Of a stretch of DNA of 64,000 nt, positions 9,205 through 18,809 are shown piece after piece (position 1 is the stretch's first letter; the number at the start of each line of letters is the position of its first letter). The position numbers were made by a program, and so were the translations under genes. The stretch covers positions 799-64,798 of the forward strand of contig JAFGHI010000063.1 of the NCBI GenBank assembly GCA_016930235.1. Direction: 5' to 3'. Origin of the DNA: Candidatus Omnitrophota bacterium (GTDB lineage Bacteria; Omnitrophota; Omnitrophia; Omnitrophales; Aquincolibacteriaceae). The notes under the pieces are model-generated. The model worked only from the letters and a program-made list of their open reading frames with translations. It did not search any database and was not told where the DNA came from.

Positions 9205-10485
9205 ATGCGGAAGAGATTGAAGCTGACGGTATTAGCTCTGTGTCTCGGAGTGCTTGCCGGTTGCGGCGGGGTTGCCGGGGATGATGGGAAAATCCCTATT
9301 AAAGTCGCATTCTGGGGAAGCCCGGATGAAATTGATATTATCTCAGATTCGATCAAAGATTGGCAGGTATCCCACCCGAATATTAAAGTTGTCTTTGAAC
9401 ATACTCCTTATACCGGATATGACAGTAAAATTCTAACACGTATTGCGGGAGGCGCTGCTCCCGATATTATCGCCACAGAAGTTGATTACTTTGTTACTTT
9501 TGCGACAAAGAACGTCCTTGAAGATTTAACGCCCTACCTAGAAGAAGATGCGACCTTTTCCCAAGACGATTTCTTCCCGACAATTCTCGACCGTTTTACG
9601 GTAAAGGGGCACTTGCTTGCCTTGCCTCGCGATGTTGCACCGTTCGCTTGTGTTTTTTACAACAAAGAGTTGTTCGATGAAATGGGGCTAGACTATCCTA
9701 AGGATGATTGGTCATGGGACGACCTTTTGCGCTTAGCTCGAGTTTTAACAAAGAAAGATGCGAATGGACGCATTACCCAATATGGATTCTATGGCTGGGC
9801 TTGGCAGAATTTCGTGTACGGAAATGGCGGAGCTATTGTGGATGACATCAAAAATCCCACAAGGACCCTTTTAGATTCACCGGAGTCAATCCAAGGCGTT
9901 CAATTTTATGCAGATCTCATCAATATATATGAAGTGATGCCGACGCCCGTCGTTCTTTCCAATCTAGGGATGGGCATTGATTTAATGTTTGCAAGCGGCC
10001 GCTTAGCCATGTTGTTGTCCGGGATTTGGGAAACTCCGGGGCTGAGGAATTATAAATTCGATTGGGACGTTGCCATGTTTCCTAAAAACCCTAAAGGGGT
10101 TCGCGCTTTTGGTTCGGGCGGATCCGGGTACGCCATTTTAAAGTCCTCCAAACACAAGGAAGAAGCCTGGGAAGTTATCAAAGCTTTGACTGGCCCGGAA
10201 GGGCAAGCCGAATTAGCTAAACGAGGCCTGGCTCAACCCTCACGCATCGCCGTTGCTAAGGGGAAAGCTTGGGCAAAAGATCCGTCACGGCCCGCAAATA
10301 AAAAGATGCTTAATGAGGCCGTTAATTACATCAAATTTAGCCCGTTTCACCCAAGATGGCGTGAAGTTGAGGAAAAGTATCTGGCGCAAAAACTAGACCT
10401 TGTTTTTAATGGCAGGAAACAGGCCTCGGAAGTGTTAACGGAATTAGCTCCCACAATAAACGAGATATTACAGAGCTCCAAATAA
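9205..10485 (+). CDS. Sugar ABC transporter substrate-binding lipoprotein
   Basis: Lipobox LAGC; IAGGAAPDI, VFYNKELFD, DWSWDD, FASGRLAM typical of family-1 SBPs. Confidence 0.9.
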   Translation: MRKRLKLTVLALCLGVLAGCGGVAGDDGKIPIKVAFWGSPDEIDIISDSIKDWQVSHPNIKVVFEHTPYTGYDSKILTRIAGGAAPDIIATEVDYFVTFATKNVLEDLTPYLEEDATFSQDDFFPTILDRFTVKGHLLALPRDVAPFACVFYNKELFDEMGLDYPKDDWSWDDLLRLARVLTKKDANGRITQYGFYGWAWQNFVYGNGGAIVDDIKNPTRTLLDSPESIQGVQFYADLINIYEVMPTPVVLSNLGMGIDLMFASGRLAMLLSGIWETPGLRNYKFDWDVAMFPKNPKGVRAFGSGGSGYAILKSSKHKEEAWEVIKALTGPEGQAELAKRGLAQPSRIAVAKGKAWAKDPSRPANKKMLNEAVNYIKFSPFHPRWREVEEKYLAQKLDLVFNGRKQASEVLTELAPTINEILQSSK

Positions 10486-10507
10486 GCAAAGAGGAATTTG
10501 ATTTAAC

Positions 10508-12952
10508 ATGGTTGACGCCGCTGTCCGCCCAAAAAAGAAAAAAACAAAATCTCAGAACGAAGAAAGAAAATTCGCTTCAAAATACGGGTATTTCACTTCG
10601 AACGGACGTGAATATGTGATCACACGCCCAGATACCCCCAGGCCCTGGGTGAATGTTATCTGTAATGGAGAATATGGGATGATCGAATCCCAAACAGGGT
10701 CCGGATTTTCCTGGTTTCATAACTCCAATCTTTCAAGAATAACCCGTTGGGAACAGGATTTAATCAAAGACAGTTGGGGGAAATATATTTATGTTCGGGA
10801 TCGGGAAAACAAGAAATTCTGGTCTGCGACATGGAAGCCTTGTTGCCCCAAGTTTGATTTTTTCGAAGCGCGCCATGGACAGGGGTATTCCATCCTGAAG
10901 AGCGTATATCAAGGCATCGAAATAACCAAAACGGTTTTCGTCGATTCTCTGGAAACCGCAGAGGTCTGGCACCTGAAAGTCAAAAATATTGAAAGGAAGA
11001 AGAGAAAGCTAAGCCTTTTTTCCTACTTCGAATGGTGTTTGGGGAATGCTGCAGATACCCATCGTGAGTTCCAAAAGACCTTCATTGAGACAAGGATTGA
11101 CCGAAAGAATCATTGTCTTTGGGGGCGAAAAAGACCCGCCTTAGTCCCGGGTTTTATTTCCACGGGGCTTTCGGAATCTCCTCTCGAGGCGTTCCATGCA
11201 TGCAACATTAAACCGGTTGCTTATGAGGGGGACAAAGAAGCTTTCTTCGGGAGATATGGGGAGATTCAATCCCCGAAAGCTGTTCGAGACGGGCACCTTC
11301 AAGACACAGACGGAAAGTGGGTGGATTCCATCGCGAGTTTGCAGGTTGATCTTGATTTGGCTCCGGGCGAAACGAAAGATGTTGTTTTTATCCTCGGGGC
11401 AACAAAAACCCGGGAGCACTGTGAAAATATTATCCAAAAATATAAGAACGCCGCATCTGTTAACCGAGAGCTTCTAAAGGTAAAAAAGTTCTGGGATTCT
11501 CTTGTCAATGCAACAACGATCGAGACGCCTGATGAAGCCATGGATATCATGACCAATATCTGGCTCAAGTATCAGGCGATCTCGGCGCGGCTGTGGGCGC
11601 GATGTGCCTATTATCAATCAAGCGGAGGATTCGGATTCCGCGATCAACTTCAAGATTCGCAAATTTTCTTTAGTTTGAAACCGGAATTGGCAAAACGGCA
11701 GATTTTACTCCATTCTGAACAACAGTTTCCGGACGGGACAGTGCACCATTGGTGGCATCATGGAACCTCGGTGGGGGCCGTGACCCACATGACAGACGAT
11801 TTGCTATGGTTGGTTTTTCTTACGCTCAATTATCTAGATGAAACAGCTGATGAAACCCTTTTAGAAGAAAGAACAAAATTTTTGCCCGACCCCAAAACAA
11901 AAGAGATCACAGAAGGGGCCATCTATGATCACTGCGTCAGGGCTATTCGGAAAGTCCTTTCCCGCTGGTCTGAACGAGGGCTCCCTTTGATTGGAGAAGG
12001 TGATTGGAATGACGGGATGAGCCATGTTGGGCTGAAATGGAAGGGGGAGTCGATTTGGCTTGGGCATTTTTTGTATGGGATATTAAAACGTTTTGCACCT
12101 ATTGCTGAACAGCGCGGAGAAAAGAATCTTAGTGACGAGTTTCTTCAGCGGGCGGAAGCTTTAAAAGACGCGATTAACAAGTACGGTTGGGATGGGGAGT
12201 GGTATCTCCGCGCGACGCGGGATGACGGGCGTCCACTGGGGAGTCAGGTTTGTGATGAAGGCAAGATTTTCTTGAATGCGCAAACATGGGCTGTTATTCA
12301 TGGAACCGCGACACCTGATCGGGCAAAAAAAGCCATGGAATCGGTTGCCAAATACCTTTACCGGGAATACGGACCGCTTCTTTTCACGCCAGCTTTTTCG
12401 GTGACGGATCCAACGATCGGATATTTGTCGCGTTATGCACCGTCTGTTCGTGAAAATGGAGGTCTTTATACCCATGCTGGGACTTGGGCTATTCAAGCGG
12501 AATGTATCATGCGCGATGCCCAGAAGGCCTACTCCGCTTATAAGAGTTTTAATCCTATTTTGCGAGGGCTTGATCCGGATCTTTATTATTGTGAACCGTA
12601 TGTAACACCTGGGAATGTCGATGGCCCCGACTCACCTAACTTTGGCAGGGGAGGATGGACGTGGTATACCGGATCCGGGACTTGGTATTATGTTATTGTC
12701 ATTAACTGGCTTCTGGGTATCCGGCCAATTCGCGAAGGGCTGCTTATTGATCCGGTAATTCCTCAAGATTGGCCGGGTTTTCGCATCAAAAGATATTTTC
12801 GAGGATCGCTTTATGAGATCGACGTAAAGAATCCGAACAAGTCCGGACAAGGCGTTAGAGAAATTCGAGTTGATCAGAAAAAGCAGTATTCAAACGTTGT
12901 CCCAGCATTTCATGACGGGAAAACTCACAAGGTTTGGGTGATTTTAAAATAG
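10508..12952 (+). CDS. GH94 glycoside phosphorylase (Cgs/NdvB-type motifs)
   Basis: TPRPWVNVI, YYQSSGGFGFRDQLQD, GDWNDGM, RENGGLYTHA, GRGGWTWYTGS. Confidence 0.9.
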   Translation: MVDAAVRPKKKKTKSQNEERKFASKYGYFTSNGREYVITRPDTPRPWVNVICNGEYGMIESQTGSGFSWFHNSNLSRITRWEQDLIKDSWGKYIYVRDRENKKFWSATWKPCCPKFDFFEARHGQGYSILKSVYQGIEITKTVFVDSLETAEVWHLKVKNIERKKRKLSLFSYFEWCLGNAADTHREFQKTFIETRIDRKNHCLWGRKRPALVPGFISTGLSESPLEAFHACNIKPVAYEGDKEAFFGRYGEIQSPKAVRDGHLQDTDGKWVDSIASLQVDLDLAPGETKDVVFILGATKTREHCENIIQKYKNAASVNRELLKVKKFWDSLVNATTIETPDEAMDIMTNIWLKYQAISARLWARCAYYQSSGGFGFRDQLQDSQIFFSLKPELAKRQILLHSEQQFPDGTVHHWWHHGTSVGAVTHMTDDLLWLVFLTLNYLDETADETLLEERTKFLPDPKTKEITEGAIYDHCVRAIRKVLSRWSERGLPLIGEGDWNDGMSHVGLKWKGESIWLGHFLYGILKRFAPIAEQRGEKNLSDEFLQRAEALKDAINKYGWDGEWYLRATRDDGRPLGSQVCDEGKIFLNAQTWAVIHGTATPDRAKKAMESVAKYLYREYGPLLFTPAFSVTDPTIGYLSRYAPSVRENGGLYTHAGTWAIQAECIMRDAQKAYSAYKSFNPILRGLDPDLYYCEPYVTPGNVDGPDSPNFGRGGWTWYTGSGTWYYVIVINWLLGIRPIREGLLIDPVIPQDWPGFRIKRYFRGSLYEIDVKNPNKSGQGVREIRVDQKKQYSNVVPAFHDGKTHKVWVILK

Positions 12953-12974
12953 TTTTTTACGAAGAAGTTACGCA

Positions 12975-15047
12975 TTGTTAATCAATAATCGCGGATTATA
13001 CAAACAGGGATATCGAAACCGTAAAAGAGGGCGGAAACCGCATCGGCTTTATTTAAGCCTTCTTTATGGCCTTCTCACATTGTTGTGTGGCTTAATTCCC
13101 ACTGTTGTTATGGCCGACATCAATCTTGCCCCAGAAAGCCTGCCGCAAGTCTATGAGACAGTCCCCTCAAACCTTTCACTTCAATCTGCTTCGAGATTTA
13201 TTGTTCTCGATGATTTTAACCGTGGTCAGATGGAAAGCCCCGATGGCACCACATGGAGAATAAAGGCCCCGGAAATAGGGGCGCTCGATTTATCCTTAGA
13301 AAAGGAAGATAGCCGGAGCGAACGCCGCGGTCGGTCACTCAAGGCAAAATTCCATCTTATGGCTGGAGAGAGAGTTTCGTGGAGAAGATTATTCCAGAGA
13401 ATAGATGTCAGCCAAGCGGAGTACCTCGTTTTCCGTTACCGCCTCGAAAGCGATAAGCCTTTTGGTGGGAAGATCATTGTTTCGATGACCGATGGAAATT
13501 ACAAGCGGGCAAGTTATGAGATCGCGAGCGAGCGAGTTGAAGTTTCGAAAGCATGGAAAGATGTAATCCTTCCCCTGAAATATTTTGAAGGGATTGATTT
13601 CGACCAGTTTTTTTCTTTGAGGTTTTCTATCCAAGCCGAAAAAAGCGAGCTTTCAGGTAGTTTGCGGCTTGATGAAATTGCCTTTTTTGGGCAGGAAGAT
13701 CTTGAATTTGAATGCCGGCGGGACAATTTAAAGGGATTTCCTGAGAAATCGTATGATGAAACCGCCCGCCAGAAACTACTCAGGGAGACAGATAGCCGCC
13801 GCCTGCTAGAGAAGATTGCCAGAGACACTTGGAAATATTTTGAAAACGCCAGAGACAAGGAGACGCACTTAATTGTTGACCATCTCCGGGTAGGTGAAAT
13901 TTCTTTGGCGGCCGATTATACGTCGCCCACCAATATTGCTATGGACCTGCTGGCAGTACTTACAGCAAGGGAGATGGGGTTCATCTCCAAAGATGGGGCT
14001 CGGAAAACAACCCGGAATATTCTTGAAACTTTAAAGCAACTCAAGCGCTATAAAGGATTTTTCTACAATTTTTATCACACTCGAAACCTTTTGGTAACGC
14101 GCAGTTACGTTTCGACTGTCGACAATGGTTGGCTCGCGACAGCGCTTGTGGTTGTTCGGCAAGCCTACGGGGAGGAGATCCACGAGATTGCGACAAGCAT
14201 TTTAGATTCAATTTCCTTTGATAAGCTGCTGGACTCAGAAAATAAGCAGTTGGTCATTGGCCTTGAAGTTCCGGAAAAGGATTTTGGGAAATATCATTAC
14301 GGGATGTTAATCTCAGAAGCTAGGGCAACGAGCCTTTATGCTATCGGGAAAGGCGATATTCCGCGGGACCACTGGTGGTTTTTATTTCGAACGCCCCCTC
14401 AAAGTTGGACATGGCAAAATCAAAAACCGAAAGGCGAAGTCGTTTCCTATGATGAGGCGGATGTTTTCGAAGGATATTACGAGTATAACGGAAAAAAATT
14501 TGTTCCCAGTTGGGGCGGATCTCTCTTCGAATTCTTGATGCCAACGCTCGTGCTTAAGACCAGAGAATTAGCGCCTAAGAGTTTTGGTCTAAATAATCGT
14601 ATCGTTGCGGAAATTCACCGCGATTACGCATTAATCGAAAAAAAGTATCCCGTTTGGGGAATTTCCCCTGCCGCCACTTCGGATGGCAGGAGGTGGCGGT
14701 ACGAAGAATATGGGATTAAAGGCTTGGCGGTGAAGGGTTATCCGGACAAGGGCATTTTGACACCGCATGTAAGCTTTCTTGCACTGGATGTTTTGCCGGA
14801 AGATGCTATCATCAATATTCAGAATTTTCTGAAGTTTCCTATCTATGGGGAATATGGATTTTATGATTCTCTGGATGCCAAGCGAAATCAGGTTAATCCG
14901 CAATACTTGGCGCTTGACCAGGGGATGATTTTGGCAGCCTTGTGCAACTATCTTCGCGGGGGTGTTATTCAGGAATATTTTCATCAAGACCCTGTTGGAA
15001 AGGCTGCCGAAGACCTCCTTATGAAAGAAAGATTCTTCGGGCAATAA
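12975..15047 (+). CDS. Secreted carbohydrate-binding domain plus glucoamylase-like (GH144/Cgs-related) beta-glucan enzyme
   Basis: Signal-like N-terminus; CBM-like region ending LDEIAF; YTSPTNIA, STVDNGWL, SEAR, SWGGSLFEFLMP, YGFYDS, LALDQGM; start codon uncertain. Confidence 0.75.
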   Translation: MLINNRGLYKQGYRNRKRGRKPHRLYLSLLYGLLTLLCGLIPTVVMADINLAPESLPQVYETVPSNLSLQSASRFIVLDDFNRGQMESPDGTTWRIKAPEIGALDLSLEKEDSRSERRGRSLKAKFHLMAGERVSWRRLFQRIDVSQAEYLVFRYRLESDKPFGGKIIVSMTDGNYKRASYEIASERVEVSKAWKDVILPLKYFEGIDFDQFFSLRFSIQAEKSELSGSLRLDEIAFFGQEDLEFECRRDNLKGFPEKSYDETARQKLLRETDSRRLLEKIARDTWKYFENARDKETHLIVDHLRVGEISLAADYTSPTNIAMDLLAVLTAREMGFISKDGARKTTRNILETLKQLKRYKGFFYNFYHTRNLLVTRSYVSTVDNGWLATALVVVRQAYGEEIHEIATSILDSISFDKLLDSENKQLVIGLEVPEKDFGKYHYGMLISEARATSLYAIGKGDIPRDHWWFLFRTPPQSWTWQNQKPKGEVVSYDEADVFEGYYEYNGKKFVPSWGGSLFEFLMPTLVLKTRELAPKSFGLNNRIVAEIHRDYALIEKKYPVWGISPAATSDGRRWRYEEYGIKGLAVKGYPDKGILTPHVSFLALDVLPEDAIINIQNFLKFPIYGEYGFYDSLDAKRNQVNPQYLALDQGMILAALCNYLRGGVIQEYFHQDPVGKAAEDLLMKERFFGQ

Positions 15048-15173
15048 GATATCCTTTGAAAAAATATTTTTTAGCGATACAATACTTCCCACTTAACAAC
15101 TATAGCCATTTTAAAAACCCACTAAAAAGATTATTAAATGTTTTTTTGATTTTTAGAAAGGAGCTTATCCGCC

Positions 15174-16397
15174 ATGCCAATGATCAAACAGATTCTCCTC
15201 AAAGACCGAATTCTCACTGACAAGGAACGGAAAAATCTTGCGATCCTGGAAGTGATTCGCAAAAACGGACCGATTTCTAGAACAGATATCTCGAAAATCA
15301 CAGAGCTGAACATTGTAACTGTATCAAATTATGTCAATCACTACATCCGCAAAGGGTTGGTCGTGGAAGGAGAATTGGATGAATCCACGGGCGGTCGAAA
15401 GCCCGTTTTAGTGGAATTGAATTCGAAAGCGGGCTACATCGTAGGCGTTGGGTTGAATATGATGAGCACGGTCGGCGTTCTGGTGGATTTAGAAATTAAT
15501 GTGGTAGCGGAAATGAAACGGGACCGGCATCCTGAAAATTCAGAAGCTGTCATTGAGAGTATGGTCAATATGGCCACAGAAGTCATTGAAAAAGCAAATG
15601 TGGACCGGGATAAAATTGTTGGCGTTGGCGTTGGTGTCCCCGGAATTATTGACGAAAGAGGGCGCACGATTCGTTGGCCGCAAAGCTTGGGGGAGAAGGA
15701 TATTTCTGTTTGTTTATCAATCAAAGACACTTTTGAGAAACGTCTCAACATTCCGACTTTTGTTGAGAATGATGCTAACGCTGCTGTCTTGGGTGAAAAA
15801 TGGCTTGGGTTAGATCGGGATGTTCGGCACATGCTGTATATGTTTTCAGGTGTTGGATGCGGAATCCTCGTCAACGGTGAGATCTATCGAGGAGCAACGG
15901 GGGCAGCGGGGGAACTTGGCATTTCTAGCTCTCAGGCATCGAAAGAGCAAGCACACGAGATTGCAAAGCAGTTGGGGCGGTGGGAAATGGATTTGGGTGT
16001 GACCCGCCGCATGAGAACCGCGATTGAAAAAGGATCGCCGACAATTCTCAAAGATTTTGTGAACGGGGATGCTTCCAAACTTACTTTTAAAGACATTGTT
16101 AGGGCCGTGAAAGAGAAAGATAAGCTTACTATTCAAGCCATCGAAGAAGGGGGCTATGAGTTAGGAAAGAAGATAGCTTTCCTCATCAATCTTTTGAATC
16201 CTGAGATTGTTGTGATTGGCGGCGGGGTTGAAGATTGCGGTTCCCCGATTCTTGATTCGATCAAGACGGCGATAAAAGAATGGGCTGTAGAAGAAGCTTC
16301 TTCCCAAGTGAAAATAATTCCTTCGGCTTTCGGCGAAAATGCTGTTGCCTTAGGAGTGGTCGGGATCGTCGCAAGAGAAGTTTTTGCGCAAGCCTAA
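15174..16397 (+). CDS. ROK family transcriptional regulator
   Basis: N-terminal HTH (ISRTDISKIT), STGGRKP, VENDANAAVLGE, GAAGELG. Confidence 0.93.
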   Translation: MPMIKQILLKDRILTDKERKNLAILEVIRKNGPISRTDISKITELNIVTVSNYVNHYIRKGLVVEGELDESTGGRKPVLVELNSKAGYIVGVGLNMMSTVGVLVDLEINVVAEMKRDRHPENSEAVIESMVNMATEVIEKANVDRDKIVGVGVGVPGIIDERGRTIRWPQSLGEKDISVCLSIKDTFEKRLNIPTFVENDANAAVLGEKWLGLDRDVRHMLYMFSGVGCGILVNGEIYRGATGAAGELGISSSQASKEQAHEIAKQLGRWEMDLGVTRRMRTAIEKGSPTILKDFVNGDASKLTFKDIVRAVKEKDKLTIQAIEEGGYELGKKIAFLINLLNPEIVVIGGGVEDCGSPILDSIKTAIKEWAVEEASSQVKIIPSAFGENAVALGVVGIVAREVFAQA

Positions 16398-16398
16398 T

Positions 16399-17115
16399 GT
16401 GCCTCTAGAAGATTTTGTTTCACATCTCGAAGAATTTCGAAGGCGCCTCCTTGTTTCTCTGCTGGCTTTTGGCGGGGCGACGGTTCTGTGTTTATTCTTT
16501 TCAGGACAACTCCTCGATTTTTTCATTAAGCCTCTCCAAGAGTATGGGGATTTACAACTTTTTTTTCAAAAGCCATACGAAGCATTTTTGACTCACTTAA
16601 AGGTTGCGGCCCTTGGCGGGATCTTTCTGGCCTCTCCCATTATTTTTTCTCAAGTTTGGTTGTTTGTCGCTCCGGGGCTTTACGACTCGGAAAAGAAGAT
16701 TTTGACGCCGCTTATCCTTGTCTCAGTTCTTCTCTTTTCGTCGGGGGCCTTCTTTGCTTATCAAGTGGTGATCCCCTGGGGGCTTCGGTTTCTTTTAAGT
16801 TATCAGACGGAAAGTTTAAGGCCTTTATTGGGGGTCGGGCCTTATTTTTCATTTCTTATGGGAACGATAATTGCCTTTGGCGTCCTTTTTGAGTTTCCAA
16901 TCGTGATGGTGGGCCTTGTTCAACTTCAGATTGCGCAAACTAAGGACCTTGCAAGAAGTCGACGGTTGATTATTGTCCTTATTTTTGTTGCGGCTGCTGT
17001 TCTAACACCTTCACCGGATCCTGTTAGTCAAGTATTCTTAGCTGTCCCCTTAATGATTCTTTTTGAAATATCCCTATGGGTATGTCAATGGGTTGAGAAA
17101 AGGAAGAATTCATAG
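16399..17115 (+). CDS. tatC: Twin-arginine translocase subunit TatC
   Basis: HLEEFRRRL, FVAPGLYDSEK, FEFP, AAVLTPSPD; GTG at 16399 chosen as start. Confidence 0.95.
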   Translation: MPLEDFVSHLEEFRRRLLVSLLAFGGATVLCLFFSGQLLDFFIKPLQEYGDLQLFFQKPYEAFLTHLKVAALGGIFLASPIIFSQVWLFVAPGLYDSEKKILTPLILVSVLLFSSGAFFAYQVVIPWGLRFLLSYQTESLRPLLGVGPYFSFLMGTIIAFGVLFEFPIVMVGLVQLQIAQTKDLARSRRLIIVLIFVAAAVLTPSPDPVSQVFLAVPLMILFEISLWVCQWVEKRKNS

Positions 17116-17128
17116 ATCGGGGGAGAGA

Positions 17129-17157
17129 TTGACACCCCTAGGCTTTGATTGTATATT
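17129..17157 (+). promoter_or_regulatory. sigma70 promoter upstream of cysC
   Basis: TTGACA (17129-17134), 17 nt spacer, TATATT (17152-17157). Confidence 0.75.
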
Positions 17158-17302
17158 GACAAAGTTTAGCTCCCATTGAGAGATCATGAAATCTTCCTAA
17201 CCTTATCTGCCATAAGGAGTTAGGCCTGGCCAGTTTGATCTTGATGTTTTTCTGGGTTAGAAATTTGAAGGGAATTACAATTTTTTAAGGAGGTTTTAAA
17301 CA

Positions 17303-17884
17303 ATGAGTCATTCTGTTTTAGAGGCACAGAGCGTAAAATTGCTGAAAGGGGTTACAATCTGGTTTACAGGTCTTCCCAGTTCGGGGAAATCGACCATTGC
17401 CAACATTTTAGGGCGGGCGTTTCGAAAATGGGGCGTCAAATCCGAAATTCTAGACGGAGATGTTGTTCGGACAAATCTTAGCAAAGGGCTCGGTTTTTCT
17501 AAAGAAGACCGCGATATTAACATCAAAAGAATAGGTTTTGTTTGCCATCTCTTGACTCGCAACGATGTTGTTGCGATTGCCGCCGCTATTTCCCCTTATC
17601 GTGAAATTCGGGACTTTAATCGAAGAATGATCGGTAATTTTATGGAAGTTTATGTCCAAACATCGCTGGAAGAATGTGAAAAACGCGATGTCAAAGGACT
17701 TTATCAAAAAGCCAGATCAGGAGCCATTAAGGGATTTACCGGCGTTGATGACCCTTACGAAACGCCTCTGGCCCCCGAAGCGGTTTGCGAGACGGAAAAA
17801 GAAACTCCGGAAGAGTCCGCAAGCAAAGTCATTGCTCGAATGGAGGAGCTGGGGTATCTCCAAATTCAGGAAGCAGCCGTATAG
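17303..17884 (+). CDS. cysC: Adenylyl-sulfate kinase
   Basis: WFTGLPSSGKST, LDGDVVR, RDVKGLY, FTGVDDPYE; AAGGAGG RBS. Confidence 0.97.
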   Translation: MSHSVLEAQSVKLLKGVTIWFTGLPSSGKSTIANILGRAFRKWGVKSEILDGDVVRTNLSKGLGFSKEDRDINIKRIGFVCHLLTRNDVVAIAAAISPYREIRDFNRRMIGNFMEVYVQTSLEECEKRDVKGLYQKARSGAIKGFTGVDDPYETPLAPEAVCETEKETPEESASKVIARMEELGYLQIQEAAV

Positions 17885-17903
17885 TTGCCCGAAAAAGATT
17901 CGC

Positions 17904-18773
17904 ATGAATAAAATCGACCTGCATATTCACACAACGTGCTCAGACGGCTCTTACTCGCCTCTTGAGATTATGAAAAAGGCGAAGGCCGAAGGGATATGGC
18001 TTATTTCCGTGACGGATCATGATACTCTTTCAGGTTACGAGGAGTGTTGTCGGGAAGCCCGTCGTTTCGAAGTTCAGTATATCCCAGGTATTGAAATGAG
18101 CGCTCAGTTTGATCCTGGAACTCTGCATATTCTTGGATATTTTGTTAATCCGGGAAATGGTGAACTCCAACGGAAAATCCAGGAGGTTCAGCAGGCTAGA
18201 TTGGATCGCAATCCTCAGATCATTGAAAAGTTGAATTTCCATGGAGTTGAGATAACTTTGAAAGAGGTTCAAGCCGTGGCTTATGGCAGCGCTGGCGGAG
18301 GGCAAGAAGGTCAACAATTAGGGCGTCCTCATTTTGCGGAGACACTTCTGAGAAAAGGCTACGTCAAGACATATCAAGAAGCTTTTGAAAAATTTTTGGC
18401 GAAGGGGAAGATCGCCTATGTTGACAAGCGACGTTTGACATCCGAAGAGATCATCCAAGCGATTCATCAGGCAGGCGGCGTTGCTGTTGTGGCACACCCG
18501 AAACTTATGCGTCTTGGAGAAATTGCTTTAGAAGAAGCGCTCGAGAAAATGGTTGGGGAAGGGCTTGACGGGCTCGAGGTTTATAGCAGTTGTCATGGGG
18601 CCTCCGACGTTGCATCTTATCAAAAATTGGCGAAACGGTTCGGGTTGATTCAAACCGGCGGAAGCGATTTTCACGGGACCAAGAAACCGAATGTTCGATT
18701 GGGCGATATCGGGAAGGGTTTTGAGCTTCAAGAAGATATTTACGAAACGCTTCGCGCGAAATCGAAGATGTGA
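17904..18773 (+). CDS. PHP-domain phosphoesterase (TrpH/YciV-like)
   Basis: DLHIHTTCSDG, VTDHDT, GIEMS, GRPHFA, AHP, GGSDFHG; true start taken as ATG 17904. Confidence 0.9.
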   Translation: MNKIDLHIHTTCSDGSYSPLEIMKKAKAEGIWLISVTDHDTLSGYEECCREARRFEVQYIPGIEMSAQFDPGTLHILGYFVNPGNGELQRKIQEVQQARLDRNPQIIEKLNFHGVEITLKEVQAVAYGSAGGGQEGQQLGRPHFAETLLRKGYVKTYQEAFEKFLAKGKIAYVDKRRLTSEEIIQAIHQAGGVAVVAHPKLMRLGEIALEEALEKMVGEGLDGLEVYSSCHGASDVASYQKLAKRFGLIQTGGSDFHGTKKPNVRLGDIGKGFELQEDIYETLRAKSKM

Positions 18774-18809
18774 AACTTTAAATTCATTGACTGAAGGGAA
18801 GGAAAAGAA

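Noticed and set aside
17652-17903. Apparent N-terminal extension of the PHP ORF overlapping cysC
   Set aside because: The PHP motif begins at ATG 17904; the upstream part is an open frame within cysC. Similar over-extended starts were trimmed for bioB, the fabG-like gene, bioF, rnfC and yraN
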